From Candidatus Sericytochromatia bacterium (lineage in GTDB: Bacteria; Cyanobacteriota; Sericytochromatia; UBA7694): a DNA stretch of 64,000 nt. Shown here in pieces: positions 8,346 through 17,625 of this stretch (position 1 is the stretch's first letter; each line of letters opens with the position of its first letter). The stretch spans positions 218,823-282,822 of the forward strand of contig CAXRDE010000025.1 in assembly GCA_964229355.1 (NCBI GenBank), written 5' to 3'. A program made the translations under genes and the position numbers. A model generated the notes under the pieces. The model did not search any database, was not told the DNA's origin, and saw nothing but the letters and a program-made list of their open reading frames with translations.

Positions 8346-9700
8346 ACGATAGTAGAAAGAGCTTTAAACTTGATGAGTTGATAGAAATCAAACATGGATG
8401 GGCTTTCAAAGGATCTTTTATGAATGAAGATATAGACGAAGGTCCAATTGTCGTTGCCATTGGTAACTTCAACTATTCCGGGGGATTTCGGTTTAAATCT
8501 ACACGAATAAAAAGATATACTGCAGATTATCCAAAAGACTATGTGCTGAACCCAGGCGATATTTTATTAGCCATGACTTGTCAAACTGCTGGAGGAGAAA
8601 TTCTCGGTATTCCAGGAGTCGTTCCAAACGATAATGAAGTTTACTTACATAACCAGCGACTCGGTAAACTCGTAATAAAAAAAACTCAAATCATTGACAA
8701 AGAATATCTTTACTGGCTTTTTTTAACTAAAAACTTCAATCACCATTTGTTTGTTTCTGCATCTGGAACAAAAATTTTACATACGTCTCCAACAAAAATT
8801 TGCAATTATAAAGTAACTATTCCCCCAATATTTGAACAAAAAAAAATAGCAAGCATTCTCTGGAACATACAAAAAAAAATCGAACTCAACAACCAAATCA
8901 ACCAAACCCTCGAAGCCATGGCCCAGGCCCTTTTCAAAAGCTGGTTTGTAGACTTTGAACCCGTCAAAGCCAAAATCGAAGCCAAAGCCGCTGGCGCTGA
9001 TGCCAAAGGCGTGACGTTGGCGGCGATGGAAACCATCTCTGGCCAGAATGCCGAAGCCCTGACAAAACTGGCGCAGACAGATCCCGAACGCTATGCAGAG
9101 CTGAAGGACACCGCCGAGTTGTTTCCTGATGCGCTGGTGGAGTCTGAGTTGGGCGAGATTCCGGCTGGATGGGAAGTACACAAAGTCAAAAAGATTTTAC
9201 AACGATTGAAACCAAAGAAAAGATATACGAAGAAGCAAGTACTGAATTATGGTAGAACACCTGTATTAGAGCAAGGCTCAAAAATAGTAATGGGATTTCA
9301 TAACGAATCTCCAGACTTCTATGCGTCTAGTGACGATCCTGTTTTTATATTTGGAGATCACACCTGCGTTACATACTTGTCTTGCCAACCTTTTGATATC
9401 TCACAAAATGTAATTCCATTGAAAGGTGCTAAATTGCCAACCTTATGGGTTTACTACTCTGTGAAAGATTTGCAAAAATTTCAAGAATACCGCCGACATT
9501 GGTCAGAGTTAATTGTCAAAGATGTAGTTACACCCAGTTTAAAACTAACGCAGCTATTCTCAACGAAGATTTCAACTTTCCACAAAATTATTGAAGCCAA
9601 CCTTAAAGAGAATGCAAACCTTGAATTATTGAGAGACATCCTTCTTCCCAAACTCCTGTCGGGTGAAATCAGCATAGAAAATCTGGAGGTCCAATCATGA
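8342..9700 (+). CDS. hsdS: Type I restriction-modification system specificity subunit HsdS
   Basis: It has two AT-rich target-recognition domains flanking a GC-rich conserved central region (LEAMAQALFKSWFVDFEP) and a C-terminal conserved helix (LLPKLLSGEI). Its start overlaps the upstream stop (ATGA). Confidence 0.9.
   Translation: MNDSRKSFKLDELIEIKHGWAFKGSFMNEDIDEGPIVVAIGNFNYSGGFRFKSTRIKRYTADYPKDYVLNPGDILLAMTCQTAGGEILGIPGVVPNDNEVYLHNQRLGKLVIKKTQIIDKEYLYWLFLTKNFNHHLFVSASGTKILHTSPTKICNYKVTIPPIFEQKKIASILWNIQKKIELNNQINQTLEAMAQALFKSWFVDFEPVKAKIEAKAAGADAKGVTLAAMETISGQNAEALTKLAQTDPERYAELKDTAELFPDALVESELGEIPAGWEVHKVKKILQRLKPKKRYTKKQVLNYGRTPVLEQGSKIVMGFHNESPDFYASSDDPVFIFGDHTCVTYLSCQPFDISQNVIPLKGAKLPTLWVYYSVKDLQKFQEYRRHWSELIVKDVVTPSLKLTQLFSTKISTFHKIIEANLKENANLELLRDILLPKLLSGEISIENLEVQS
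8838..8879 (+). repeat. Two A9 homopolymer tracts (8838-8846, 8871-8879) forming a 12-nt direct repeat ACAAAAAAAAAT, at the TRD1/conserved-core junction of hsdS
   Basis: Read directly. The two tracts are 33 nt apart and encode ...EQKKIASILWNIQKKIE... Confidence 0.9.
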
Positions 9701-10605
9701 CCAGCCGAACCCAGATGATACTGACTATTCTCAAAAGCCAGCCCAATACTCCGTTTACAGCCAGAGAACTAGCCCAACAGATATTTATGCAATATGCCGA
9801 AGAGTTACAGGAAAAAAGAAGCAATCCCAAATTTGAATCCGACGAGGACTTTATTATCCAGCTTGCCGCTGAAATCGGAGGCAGCGCCACCAAAACCATT
9901 CAGCGTAACTACCCACAGGTACAAACCCGAGATCAACCCCGCCCCCGACTTTACTACTGGTCAGAAACCGAAAACCTTGATCTGTCAGAGCCAGATATTG
10001 AGTCTGAACCATCTGCTGCTTCCTATAGCGAACATGAACTTTACCCCTTGCTGATCGCTTATCTTTTTGAAGAACAAGGGCTTTACTGCCGACGCATTGA
10101 CGAAAAACGTTCACGCAATGATAAGGGCAATGGGGGCAACCACTGGCTTTACCCGGATATTGTGGCCCTTGAAACCCAGGGCATCCACTGGCAGCCGGTG
10201 GTCAAAAGCTGTTTACAGAATCATTTATCAAGGCTTTGGTCATTTGAGGTCAAACGCAAGCTCAACCGCAGTAATGTGCGTCAGGCTTTCTTTCAAGCGG
10301 TCAGTAATTCATCATGGGCGCATTATGGCTATCTGGTAACGGCAGAAATTAACGAAGACCGCCATAATGGAGTGCTCAAAGAACTTCAAATGCTTTCAGC
10401 CCTGCACGGCATTGGCGTCATGGTCCTTGACACCCACGACTTGGCGGAGTCCAAAGTCTTGCTACCTGCCCGTGACCGCTTGCAAGTGGACTGGGACTCT
10501 GTGAATCGGCTCGTCGAAGAAAATCGAGACATGGAAGATTTTATTGAACTGGTGAGCATGTATCACCAGACGGGTAAAGTACGCAAAGTGGAATGGAATA
10601 AGTAA
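9697..10605 (+). CDS. Winged-helix + PD-(D/E)xK nuclease-fold protein (HrgA/COG2958-like), embedded between hsdS and hsdR
   Basis: The N-terminus is HTH-like (PFTARELAQQIFMQYAEEL). The C-terminus has a candidate PD-(D/E)xK core: YPDIVALE ... SFEVKRK. Its ATG overlaps the hsdS stop. Confidence 0.55.
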   Translation: MTSRTQMILTILKSQPNTPFTARELAQQIFMQYAEELQEKRSNPKFESDEDFIIQLAAEIGGSATKTIQRNYPQVQTRDQPRPRLYYWSETENLDLSEPDIESEPSAASYSEHELYPLLIAYLFEEQGLYCRRIDEKRSRNDKGNGGNHWLYPDIVALETQGIHWQPVVKSCLQNHLSRLWSFEVKRKLNRSNVRQAFFQAVSNSSWAHYGYLVTAEINEDRHNGVLKELQMLSALHGIGVMVLDTHDLAESKVLLPARDRLQVDWDSVNRLVEENRDMEDFIELVSMYHQTGKVRKVEWNK

Positions 10606-11964
10606 GTGCCCGAAGATCAGCACATCGAGTACAAAGCCAGCTGGCGAGACGAATACCTGAAGTGGATTTGTGGCTTTGCCAATGCCCAGGGCGGCACGCT
10701 GATCATTGGCCGGGCCGACAACGGCGAACCCGTGGGCATTGCCAACGCCGCTGAGCTGCTGGAACGGCTGCCCAATCAGGTGCGGGATCTGCTGGGTATT
10801 GTCATCGATATTCAGCGCCTGTACGAAGGTGGCCATGAGCTTTTAAGTATCCACGTGGATCCCTACCCCACCCCCATCAGCTACAAAGGGCAATACCATT
10901 ACCGCAGTGGCAGCACCAAACAAGAACTCAAAGGAGCTGCACTGGACCGCTTCTTGCTGCGCAAACAAGGCCGTCACTGGGACGGTGTGCCCGTACCTTA
11001 CCTCAAGCCCACAGACTTAGATCCCCAGGCCCTGGAACGCTTTCGCCACAAAGCCGAGCGCGCCCAGCGTTTGAGCCAGGCAGACCTGAGTAGCCCCGAT
11101 ACCGCCTTGCTCAAGCGGCTGCACCTTTACGAAAACACCTATCTCAAACGGGCTGCAGCCTTGCTCTTTCACCCAGAGCCCGAAGCCTTCGTTACCGGTG
11201 CGTATATTAAAGTGGGGTATTTTGCCAACGACAGCGATATTCTTTACCATGACGAAATTCATGGCCCACTCATCACCCAGGTGGAGCAAGCACTGGATCT
11301 GATCTGGCTTAAATACCTCAAAGGCTGGATCTCTTATGACGGGCTGCAACGGGTCGAAACCTATCCCGTGCCCCGCAGCGCCCTGCGAGAGGCCCTGCTC
11401 AATGCCGTCATTCACAAAGACTACGGCAGCGGTGCGCCCATTCAAATCCGCGTTTATGACCACAAGCTCACCATCGGCAACGCCTCAGTGCTACCCGAAG
11501 ACTGGCAGGTGGAAAACCTGACCCAGGAACACGAATCGCGCCCCTTTAACCCCGACATTGCCCATGTGTTTTTTCGCGCCGGTGAAATTGAGTCCTGGGG
11601 CCGAGGCATTGAAAAGATTTTGCGGGCCTGTGCTGAGGCGGGCTTTCCCTTGCCCACTTACCAGGACACCGGTGCCACCCTGCGTCTGACCTTTGCCTAT
11701 GCCCCTGAACTGGTGGCCTTAGAAAAAAGCAAAAATGAGGGAATAAATGAGGGAATAAATGAGGGAATAAAATTAACCCCTACAGATCAAGAGATTTTAA
11801 AAGCCCTCAAAGCACAATATAACCTGACGATTAGAGATTTGATAACGCAAACCGGGCGTACCCACAGCACAATCGAGCGCAGCCTCAGCAAGCTGCAAAA
11901 AGCGGGTTGGATTGAACGAGTAGGTTCTCGTAAAACCGGTCACTGGAAGGTACATAAAGCATGA
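10606..11964 (+). CDS. Second AlbA_2 (Schlafen-like) + HATPase_c-like + wHTH ATP-binding protein, paralog of 6978..8345
   Basis: It has an AlbA_2 N-terminus ([39 protein letters not shown]), an ATPase-like middle and a C-terminal HTH. The GTG start follows directly after the upstream TAA. An in-frame 12-nt x3 tandem repeat encodes [12 protein letters not shown]. Confidence 0.75.
   Translation: MPEDQHIEYKASWRDEYLKWICGFANAQGGTLIIGRADNGEPVGIANAAELLERLPNQVRDLLGIVIDIQRLYEGGHELLSIHVDPYPTPISYKGQYHYRSGSTKQELKGAALDRFLLRKQGRHWDGVPVPYLKPTDLDPQALERFRHKAERAQRLSQADLSSPDTALLKRLHLYENTYLKRAAALLFHPEPEAFVTGAYIKVGYFANDSDILYHDEIHGPLITQVEQALDLIWLKYLKGWISYDGLQRVETYPVPRSALREALLNAVIHKDYGSGAPIQIRVYDHKLTIGNASVLPEDWQVENLTQEHESRPFNPDIAHVFFRAGEIESWGRGIEKILRACAEAGFPLPTYQDTGATLRLTFAYAPELVALEKSKNEGINEGINEGIKLTPTDQEILKALKAQYNLTIRDLITQTGRTHSTIERSLSKLQKAGWIERVGSRKTGHWKVHKA
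11737..11772 (+). repeat. Three tandem copies of a 12-nt unit (GAGGGAATAAAT) inside the second AlbA_2 gene
   Basis: Read directly. It is in-frame and encodes (EGIN)x3. The third unit ends in A instead of T. Confidence 0.9.
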
Positions 11965-14900
11965 ACGAAGACCAACTCGAACAACTCTGCCTGGAATGGT
12001 TCCGTGACATTGGCTGGCAGTTATTACACGGCCCTGACATTGCCCACGATGGCCCCCGACCCCTGCGCCAGGATTATAAAGATGTGTTTCTGCGGCCTGA
12101 ACTGCGTGAGGCCGCTGCCCGCATCAACCCCCATTTGCCCGCCGATGCCCTTGAACAAGCCCTCGACAAAGTCTTCAAGCTTCAGGCGCTCGACCTGCGC
12201 GAGAACAACCGAGCCTTTCACCGCTTTTTACTGGATGGCGTGCCCGTCGAGTACCGTACCGAAGCGGGGCAAAAAGCCGACCGGGTCTTTCTGATTGATT
12301 TTGAGGCCAGCGTCAACAGTTCCACCAATCGCTTTCAGGTGGTGAATCAGTTCACCGTGCAGGGCTCCCGACAGCCCCGCCGCCCGGATATTGTGGTCTT
12401 TATTAACGGGATGCCTTTGGCAGTCATCGAGCTCAAAAGCCCCGCCGATGAACATGCCGACATCTGGCAGGCCTTTAACCAACTGCAAACCTACAAAAAC
12501 GAAATCCCTGAGCTGTTCCATAGCAACGAAGCCCTCGTTATCTCCGATGGCTATAACGCCCGTGTGGGATCATTGACCGCCAACGAAGAGCGCTTTTTGC
12601 CCTGGCGCACCATTCACAACGAAGACGACAAACCGCTGCTCGAATGGCAGCTCGAAACCCTGGTGCGGGGCTTTTTTAAGCGGGATCTTTTCCTCGACTA
12701 TATCCGCTATTTTGTGCTCTTTGAAAGCGATGGCGACACCCTGATCAAAAAGATTGCGGGCTACCACCAGTTTCACGCGGTACGCGAGGCAGTGAGCGCC
12801 ACCATAATTGCAGCACAGGTGCCTGAATTGGGCCAGGTGGTAGAGCGCCGGGCCACTTATGGTAGCGAAGTGACACCCGGCAGCAAAAAAGCCGGTGTGG
12901 TCTGGCATACCCAGGGTTCAGGCAAAAGTATTTCCATGTGTTGTTACGCCGGTAAGCTGCTCCAGCAAAAGGAAATGCACAATCCCACCCTTTTGGTGGT
13001 GACCGACCGCAATGATCTCGACGGCCAGCTTTATGCGACCTTTAGCAATGCCAAAGAGCTGCTCAAGCAAACGCCCGTGCAGGCCGACAACCGCGACGCC
13101 CTGCGTCAGTATTTGGGAGAGCGTCAGTCGGGCGGCATTATTTTTACCACAGTGCAAAAATTTGCGCCTTTAGAAGGCGAAGCGGTCCACCCCATTCTGA
13201 ACCACAGACATAATATTGTGGTGATCTCCGATGAGGCCCACCGCAGTCAGTACGGGCTAAAAGCCCAGCTGAGCGCTGACGGGCAGTACAAGTATGGCTA
13301 TGCCAAACACATGCGCGATGCCTTGCCCAATGCGGCCTTTATTGGCTTTACGGGCACGCCCATTTCCTCTGTAGACAAAGACACCCGTGCGGTATTTGGC
13401 GACTATGTGTCCATCTACGATATTCAAGACGCCGTCGACGACGGGGCCACGGTCCCCATTTATTATGAGTCACGACTGGCAAAACTGGATCTCAACCACG
13501 CTGAAATTGAGAACCTCTCAGAACAGGTGGAAGAAATTGTCGAAGACGAAGAAATCAGCGACCGCGAACGCACCAAAAGCCATTGGAGCCGCCTCGAAAA
13601 ATTAGTGGGCGCGTCCCCTCGGCTTCAGAATGTGGCTTCAGACCTGGTGGCTCACTTTGAACAGCGCACCAGCACCCTTGAGGGCAAAGCCATGATCGTG
13701 GGCATGAGCCGCGAGATTTGCGTTAATCTCTATGATGCCATTGTGGCTTTACGCCCTGACTGGCACGACCTGGACCCTGAAAAGGGCGCGATCAAAATCG
13801 TGATGACGGGCTCGGCTTCAGATCGCGAGCACCTACAGCCCCATATTTACAACCGCGCCACCAAAAAGCGCCTCGAAAAGCGTTTCAAAGATCCCAGCGA
13901 CCCGCTCAAACTGGTCATTGTACGCGATATGTGGCTCACCGGTTTTGACGCGCCCTGTTGCCATACCATGTATATTGACAAGCCCATGAAAGGGCATAAC
14001 CTTATGCAGGCCATTGCCCGCGTTAACCGGGTCTTTAAAGACAAGCCCGGCGGCCTGGTCGTCGACTATATCGGCATTGCGAATGAGCTCAAGCAGGCTC
14101 TAAAAACCTACACAGATGCTAAAGGCAAGGGTGCGCCTGCCCTCAGGGCCGAGGAGGCCTTTGCCATTCTCTTAGAAAAGCTGGATATTATCCGCGCTCT
14201 CTTTCATGGCTTTGACTACAGTGCCTTTGAGACAACGCCCCATCTGCTGCTGGTGCCCGCTGCCAACCATATTTTGGGGCTTAAAGACGGCAAACAGCGC
14301 TTTTTAGACACCGTATTGGCCATGAACAAAGCCTATTCCCTCTGCTCCACCCTCGATGAGGCCAAAGCCCTGCACACAGAACTGGCCTTCTTTTCGGCCA
14401 TTAAAGCCGCCATTAGCAAATTCACCTCAGTGGATGACAAACGCAGTCAGGAAGCCAAAGACTCTGCCCTTAAACAGATTCTCGACAACGCCATTGTGGC
14501 CGATGGCGTGGCAGATGTCTTTGAATTGGCGGGCATTGAAAAGCCCAATATAGGTCTGCTGTCCGATGAGTTTTTAGAAGATGTACGCCGTATGCCCCAG
14601 CGCAATCTGGCGGTAGAACTGCTCGAAAAACTGCTCAAAGACGATATTAAAGCCAAAACCCGCCATAACGTCGTGCAAGAGAAAAAGTACTTTGACCGCC
14701 TCAAAGAAACCCTGCGCAAATACCATAACCGGGGCATCGAAACCGCCCAGGTCATTGAAGAATTGATTCAGATGGCCAAAGCGTTTCAAGAAGCCATGGA
14801 GCGCGAGGCGAACCTGGGCTTGAATCACGATGAAATTGCCTTTTATGATGCCTTAGCCAGCAATGAATCCGCCGTGCGAGAATTGGGTGACGATACCCTA

Positions 14901-15104
14901 AAAAAGATTGCCGTTGAGATCACCGACAAGCTCAGAAAATCCACCACCGTCGATTGGCAAGTGCGCGAAAGCGTGCGGGCTCAATTGCGCATTTTGGTGC
15001 GAAAAACCCTACAGCGCTACAAGTATCCGCCCGACAAAGCGCCAGAAGCCATTGAACTGGTACTTAAGCAGGCTGAAGTCTTAAGCAATGGTTGGTCAAA
15101 ATAA
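11961..15104 (+). CDS. hsdR: Type I restriction enzyme endonuclease/helicase subunit HsdR
   Basis: It has an SF2 helicase Walker A (HTQGSGKSI), a DEAH box ([12 protein letters not shown]), and a length of 1047 aa. Its ATG overlaps the upstream stop (ATGA). Confidence 0.95.
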   Translation: MNEDQLEQLCLEWFRDIGWQLLHGPDIAHDGPRPLRQDYKDVFLRPELREAAARINPHLPADALEQALDKVFKLQALDLRENNRAFHRFLLDGVPVEYRTEAGQKADRVFLIDFEASVNSSTNRFQVVNQFTVQGSRQPRRPDIVVFINGMPLAVIELKSPADEHADIWQAFNQLQTYKNEIPELFHSNEALVISDGYNARVGSLTANEERFLPWRTIHNEDDKPLLEWQLETLVRGFFKRDLFLDYIRYFVLFESDGDTLIKKIAGYHQFHAVREAVSATIIAAQVPELGQVVERRATYGSEVTPGSKKAGVVWHTQGSGKSISMCCYAGKLLQQKEMHNPTLLVVTDRNDLDGQLYATFSNAKELLKQTPVQADNRDALRQYLGERQSGGIIFTTVQKFAPLEGEAVHPILNHRHNIVVISDEAHRSQYGLKAQLSADGQYKYGYAKHMRDALPNAAFIGFTGTPISSVDKDTRAVFGDYVSIYDIQDAVDDGATVPIYYESRLAKLDLNHAEIENLSEQVEEIVEDEEISDRERTKSHWSRLEKLVGASPRLQNVASDLVAHFEQRTSTLEGKAMIVGMSREICVNLYDAIVALRPDWHDLDPEKGAIKIVMTGSASDREHLQPHIYNRATKKRLEKRFKDPSDPLKLVIVRDMWLTGFDAPCCHTMYIDKPMKGHNLMQAIARVNRVFKDKPGGLVVDYIGIANELKQALKTYTDAKGKGAPALRAEEAFAILLEKLDIIRALFHGFDYSAFETTPHLLLVPAANHILGLKDGKQRFLDTVLAMNKAYSLCSTLDEAKALHTELAFFSAIKAAISKFTSVDDKRSQEAKDSALKQILDNAIVADGVADVFELAGIEKPNIGLLSDEFLEDVRRMPQRNLAVELLEKLLKDDIKAKTRHNVVQEKKYFDRLKETLRKYHNRGIETAQVIEELIQMAKAFQEAMEREANLGLNHDEIAFYDALASNESAVRELGDDTLKKIAVEITDKLRKSTTVDWQVRESVRAQLRILVRKTLQRYKYPPDKAPEAIELVLKQAEVLSNGWSK

Positions 15105-15625
15105 TGGGCCGAAACATTTATATCTATCGTAATCCCTACACCACTTTGTACGATTTTTTACGCGCCCAATACCCTACCATTCGTGAGTGGGCCCTTTCGT
15201 ACAGAAATCCCGCTTGCGGTTACTATCCCGTAGAGGACTTAACGGATTTTTCTTTTACGCTGATTGACAAAATAGGAGCGGAATTGCCCCCACCAGAGCA
15301 GGTGAACCAGTTGAGTCAAGAAGAGCTGGATCATCTTCGCGATCTCACAATGCTTGGCTATGAAGATTATTTATCAATGAAGAAGAAAAACCATTTGTCG
15401 CTTCTCGATGATTTGCCTGGTCTCCAAAGTTCCTATCTTGTAACTCAGTTTATTTGGAATCTCTATTTTCTTGAGGATATTTTGGGCGAAAAACAATATA
15501 GGGTGCATTTGATTTACCGGAATTACACACTCTCTGACACCTCGCCAGGGTCAGAGGAGGTGGGTTACTGGACGTCTGAAGAGTGCGCGCTTTTTAAGCG
15601 CTCTGTTTCAGAGCATTGTGGATGA
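15104..15625 (+). CDS. Hypothetical protein (173 aa), AT-rich, translationally coupled to hsdR (TAATG)
   Basis: Its ATG at 15104 shares an A with the hsdR TAA. There are no recognisable motifs. GC is low. An alternative TTG start lies at 15092. Confidence 0.45.
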   Translation: MGRNIYIYRNPYTTLYDFLRAQYPTIREWALSYRNPACGYYPVEDLTDFSFTLIDKIGAELPPPEQVNQLSQEELDHLRDLTMLGYEDYLSMKKKNHLSLLDDLPGLQSSYLVTQFIWNLYFLEDILGEKQYRVHLIYRNYTLSDTSPGSEEVGYWTSEECALFKRSVSEHCG

Positions 15626-15806
15626 AAACCACAAAGACTATTTTGAAATGGAGCGACGCATGACAGACGACTTTCAAAGAAGAGGAGCTGTGGCTGACGA
15701 TCTAACTGACTTTTTGAACGGCGTCCGCCTTGTCATTCAATGCTTGCTCGATAACCTCAATGCACTTAAAGAAAACGAAGGAATGATCGGTGTATTTTCT
15801 TACTAA
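15618..15806 (+). CDS. Hypothetical small helical protein (62 aa)
   Basis: Its GTG start overlaps the upstream stop (GTGGATGA). It is AT-rich. It could equally be the product of a frameshifted continuation of the upstream ORF. Confidence 0.3.
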   Translation: MDENHKDYFEMERRMTDDFQRRGAVADDLTDFLNGVRLVIQCLLDNLNALKENEGMIGVFSY

Positions 15807-15818
15807 GGGCTCACGTCA

Positions 15819-16244
15819 ATGACCTACCCCAAAGCCATTCACGAAGACAAAGTCGGCACTTACCCGGCGGCCGTAAAAGCGGGTGGGGGTTACGTGTGGG
15901 ATGCGGTGCTGGAGTATCGCGTGTGGTGTCATCCTGAGCGAGGCGCACCCGATCTTGAAGAGGGCCATGATTATTACTACGCCTTTGCAAGCTATGACGA
16001 AGCCCTGGCCTATGCAAAGCACCTCGTGGGAGCTGACGAACCCCTTGCCCTGGTCTTGCAAGAAGAATACCTTGATGAGCCAGAGCCAGGAAAATACCGC
16101 CATGTAAAAGCCCAACGCATCACCGAATGGCCTGTGGTTTTTCTAAAGCGTCCAAAACGCACACCGCAAACCATTCCTGATTTTTTGGCACCGGACGCAC
16201 CGCCAAATCGACTGGATATCTTGCGGGGGCTCAGTGAGCCCTAA
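15819..16244 (+). CDS. Hypothetical protein (141 aa)
   Basis: It is an intact ORF with GC-rich codon usage consistent with the host. There is no recognisable domain. Confidence 0.45.
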   Translation: MTYPKAIHEDKVGTYPAAVKAGGGYVWDAVLEYRVWCHPERGAPDLEEGHDYYYAFASYDEALAYAKHLVGADEPLALVLQEEYLDEPEPGKYRHVKAQRITEWPVVFLKRPKRTPQTIPDFLAPDAPPNRLDILRGLSEP

Positions 16245-17608
16245 TAAATACTGACCGTTTTAATATTCACAAACTCGCGAATGCCCAGATGGCTGAGTTC
16301 ACGGCCATAGCCGCTTTCTTTAATGCCCCCAAAGGGCAGACGGGGATCGGATTTGACAAAGTCGTTGACGAAGCACGCGCCCGCTTCGATTTCTTCGATG
16401 GCCAGTTTTTCTGCCCGTTCACGGTTTTGGCTAAAAATACCTGAGCCCAGGCCAAACACCGAGTCATTGGCCACGCGAATGGCTTCGGCTTCGCTTTGCA
16501 CCCGAATCACGCTGGCGACCGGGCCAAACAACTCATCGTCATAGGCCGGCATGCCCGGCGCCACATCCACCAAAATAGTGGGGGGATACATGGCTCCCTC
16601 ATGTTCGGGAATGTAGCCTCCGATCAGACAGCGGGCCCCCTGGCTTACGCTTTGCTGGACCTGTTCATGCAGTTCGTCTCTAAGATCGTGACGGGCCATG
16701 GGACCCAGGGTGGTGTCGGGGTTCATGGGGTCGCCCATGACCTGGGTCTCCATTTCCCGTTGAAAAGCCTGTAAAAACCTGTCGTAAACGGCATCCACGA
16801 CCACAAAACGTTTGGCCCCAATACAGCTCTGGCCAGCGTTTAAGAGACGGCTCTCGGCGCATTTTTGGGCCGCTAGCTCAAGATCGGCGTCTTCGAGAAT
16901 CAGGTAGGCATCGCTGCCGCCCAATTCCAGCACGGTTTTTTTGAGTTGGCTGCCTGCAATGGCCGCCACGGACTTGCCCGCCGGGCCGCTGCCGGTCAGG
17001 GTGGCCGCCTTCACGTGGGGGTGTTTAAGAATGCTTTCGACCTTGTCGCTGTGCACCAGCAGGGTTTTAAAGAGCCCTTCGGGGCAACCGGCCTGTACAA
17101 ACAGGTTCTCGATGGCCTGGGCACATCCGCTGACGTTAGAGGCGTGCTTCAACAGGCCAGCGTTGCCCGCCATAATGGCGGGAGCGGCAAAGCGCATCAC
17201 CTGCCAAAAAGGATAATTCCAGGGCATCACCGCCAGAATGACCCCCAACGGCTGGTAAGCCATCAGGGTCTTTTCGGCATCGCTGTCGAGCGGCTCGGGG
17301 GTTAAGAAGCCTTCGGCCTGTTCGGCGTAATAGCGACACACCCAGGCACATTTTTCAATCTCAGCCCGGCCACCACTCAGGGTTTTGCCCATTTCCTGGG
17401 TCATCAATTGGGCCAGATCGTCTTTTTGATTCTCAAGCGCCTCTGCCACCTTGTGCAAACACGCAGCGCGCTCTGCAAAGGCGGTGCGTCGCCAATAATG
17501 GTGTTGGGCATGGGCGGTTTCAATGGCCGCGTTTACCTCAGCGTCGCTATGGGCCTCGTAAGTGGCGATCACTTTATTTGTGTAGGGATTTTTGCTTTCA
17601 AAGGACAT
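16241..17608 (-). CDS. NAD(P)-dependent aldehyde dehydrogenase (succinate-semialdehyde dehydrogenase-like)
   Basis: It has an ALDH superfamily architecture over 455 aa, with the catalytic Cys/Glu region (ELGGSDA, GQSCIGAKR). Confidence 0.9.
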   Translation of the reverse strand: MSFESKNPYTNKVIATYEAHSDAEVNAAIETAHAQHHYWRRTAFAERAACLHKVAEALENQKDDLAQLMTQEMGKTLSGGRAEIEKCAWVCRYYAEQAEGFLTPEPLDSDAEKTLMAYQPLGVILAVMPWNYPFWQVMRFAAPAIMAGNAGLLKHASNVSGCAQAIENLFVQAGCPEGLFKTLLVHSDKVESILKHPHVKAATLTGSGPAGKSVAAIAGSQLKKTVLELGGSDAYLILEDADLELAAQKCAESRLLNAGQSCIGAKRFVVVDAVYDRFLQAFQREMETQVMGDPMNPDTTLGPMARHDLRDELHEQVQQSVSQGARCLIGGYIPEHEGAMYPPTILVDVAPGMPAYDDELFGPVASVIRVQSEAEAIRVANDSVFGLGSGIFSQNRERAEKLAIEEIEAGACFVNDFVKSDPRLPFGGIKESGYGRELSHLGIREFVNIKTVSIY

Positions 17609-17625
17609 AGGGTTATACCAACTTT

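Noticed and set aside
11737-11772. CRISPR-like or minisatellite array
   Set aside because: There are only three 12-nt units, with no spacers, and the repeat is in-frame inside a CDS. It is a coding tandem repeat, not a CRISPR.
16267-17351. Multiple 60-120 aa ORFs on both strands within the aldehyde dehydrogenase gene
   Set aside because: The ALDH frame is continuous over 455 aa with catalytic motifs. The others are GC-rich shadow frames.
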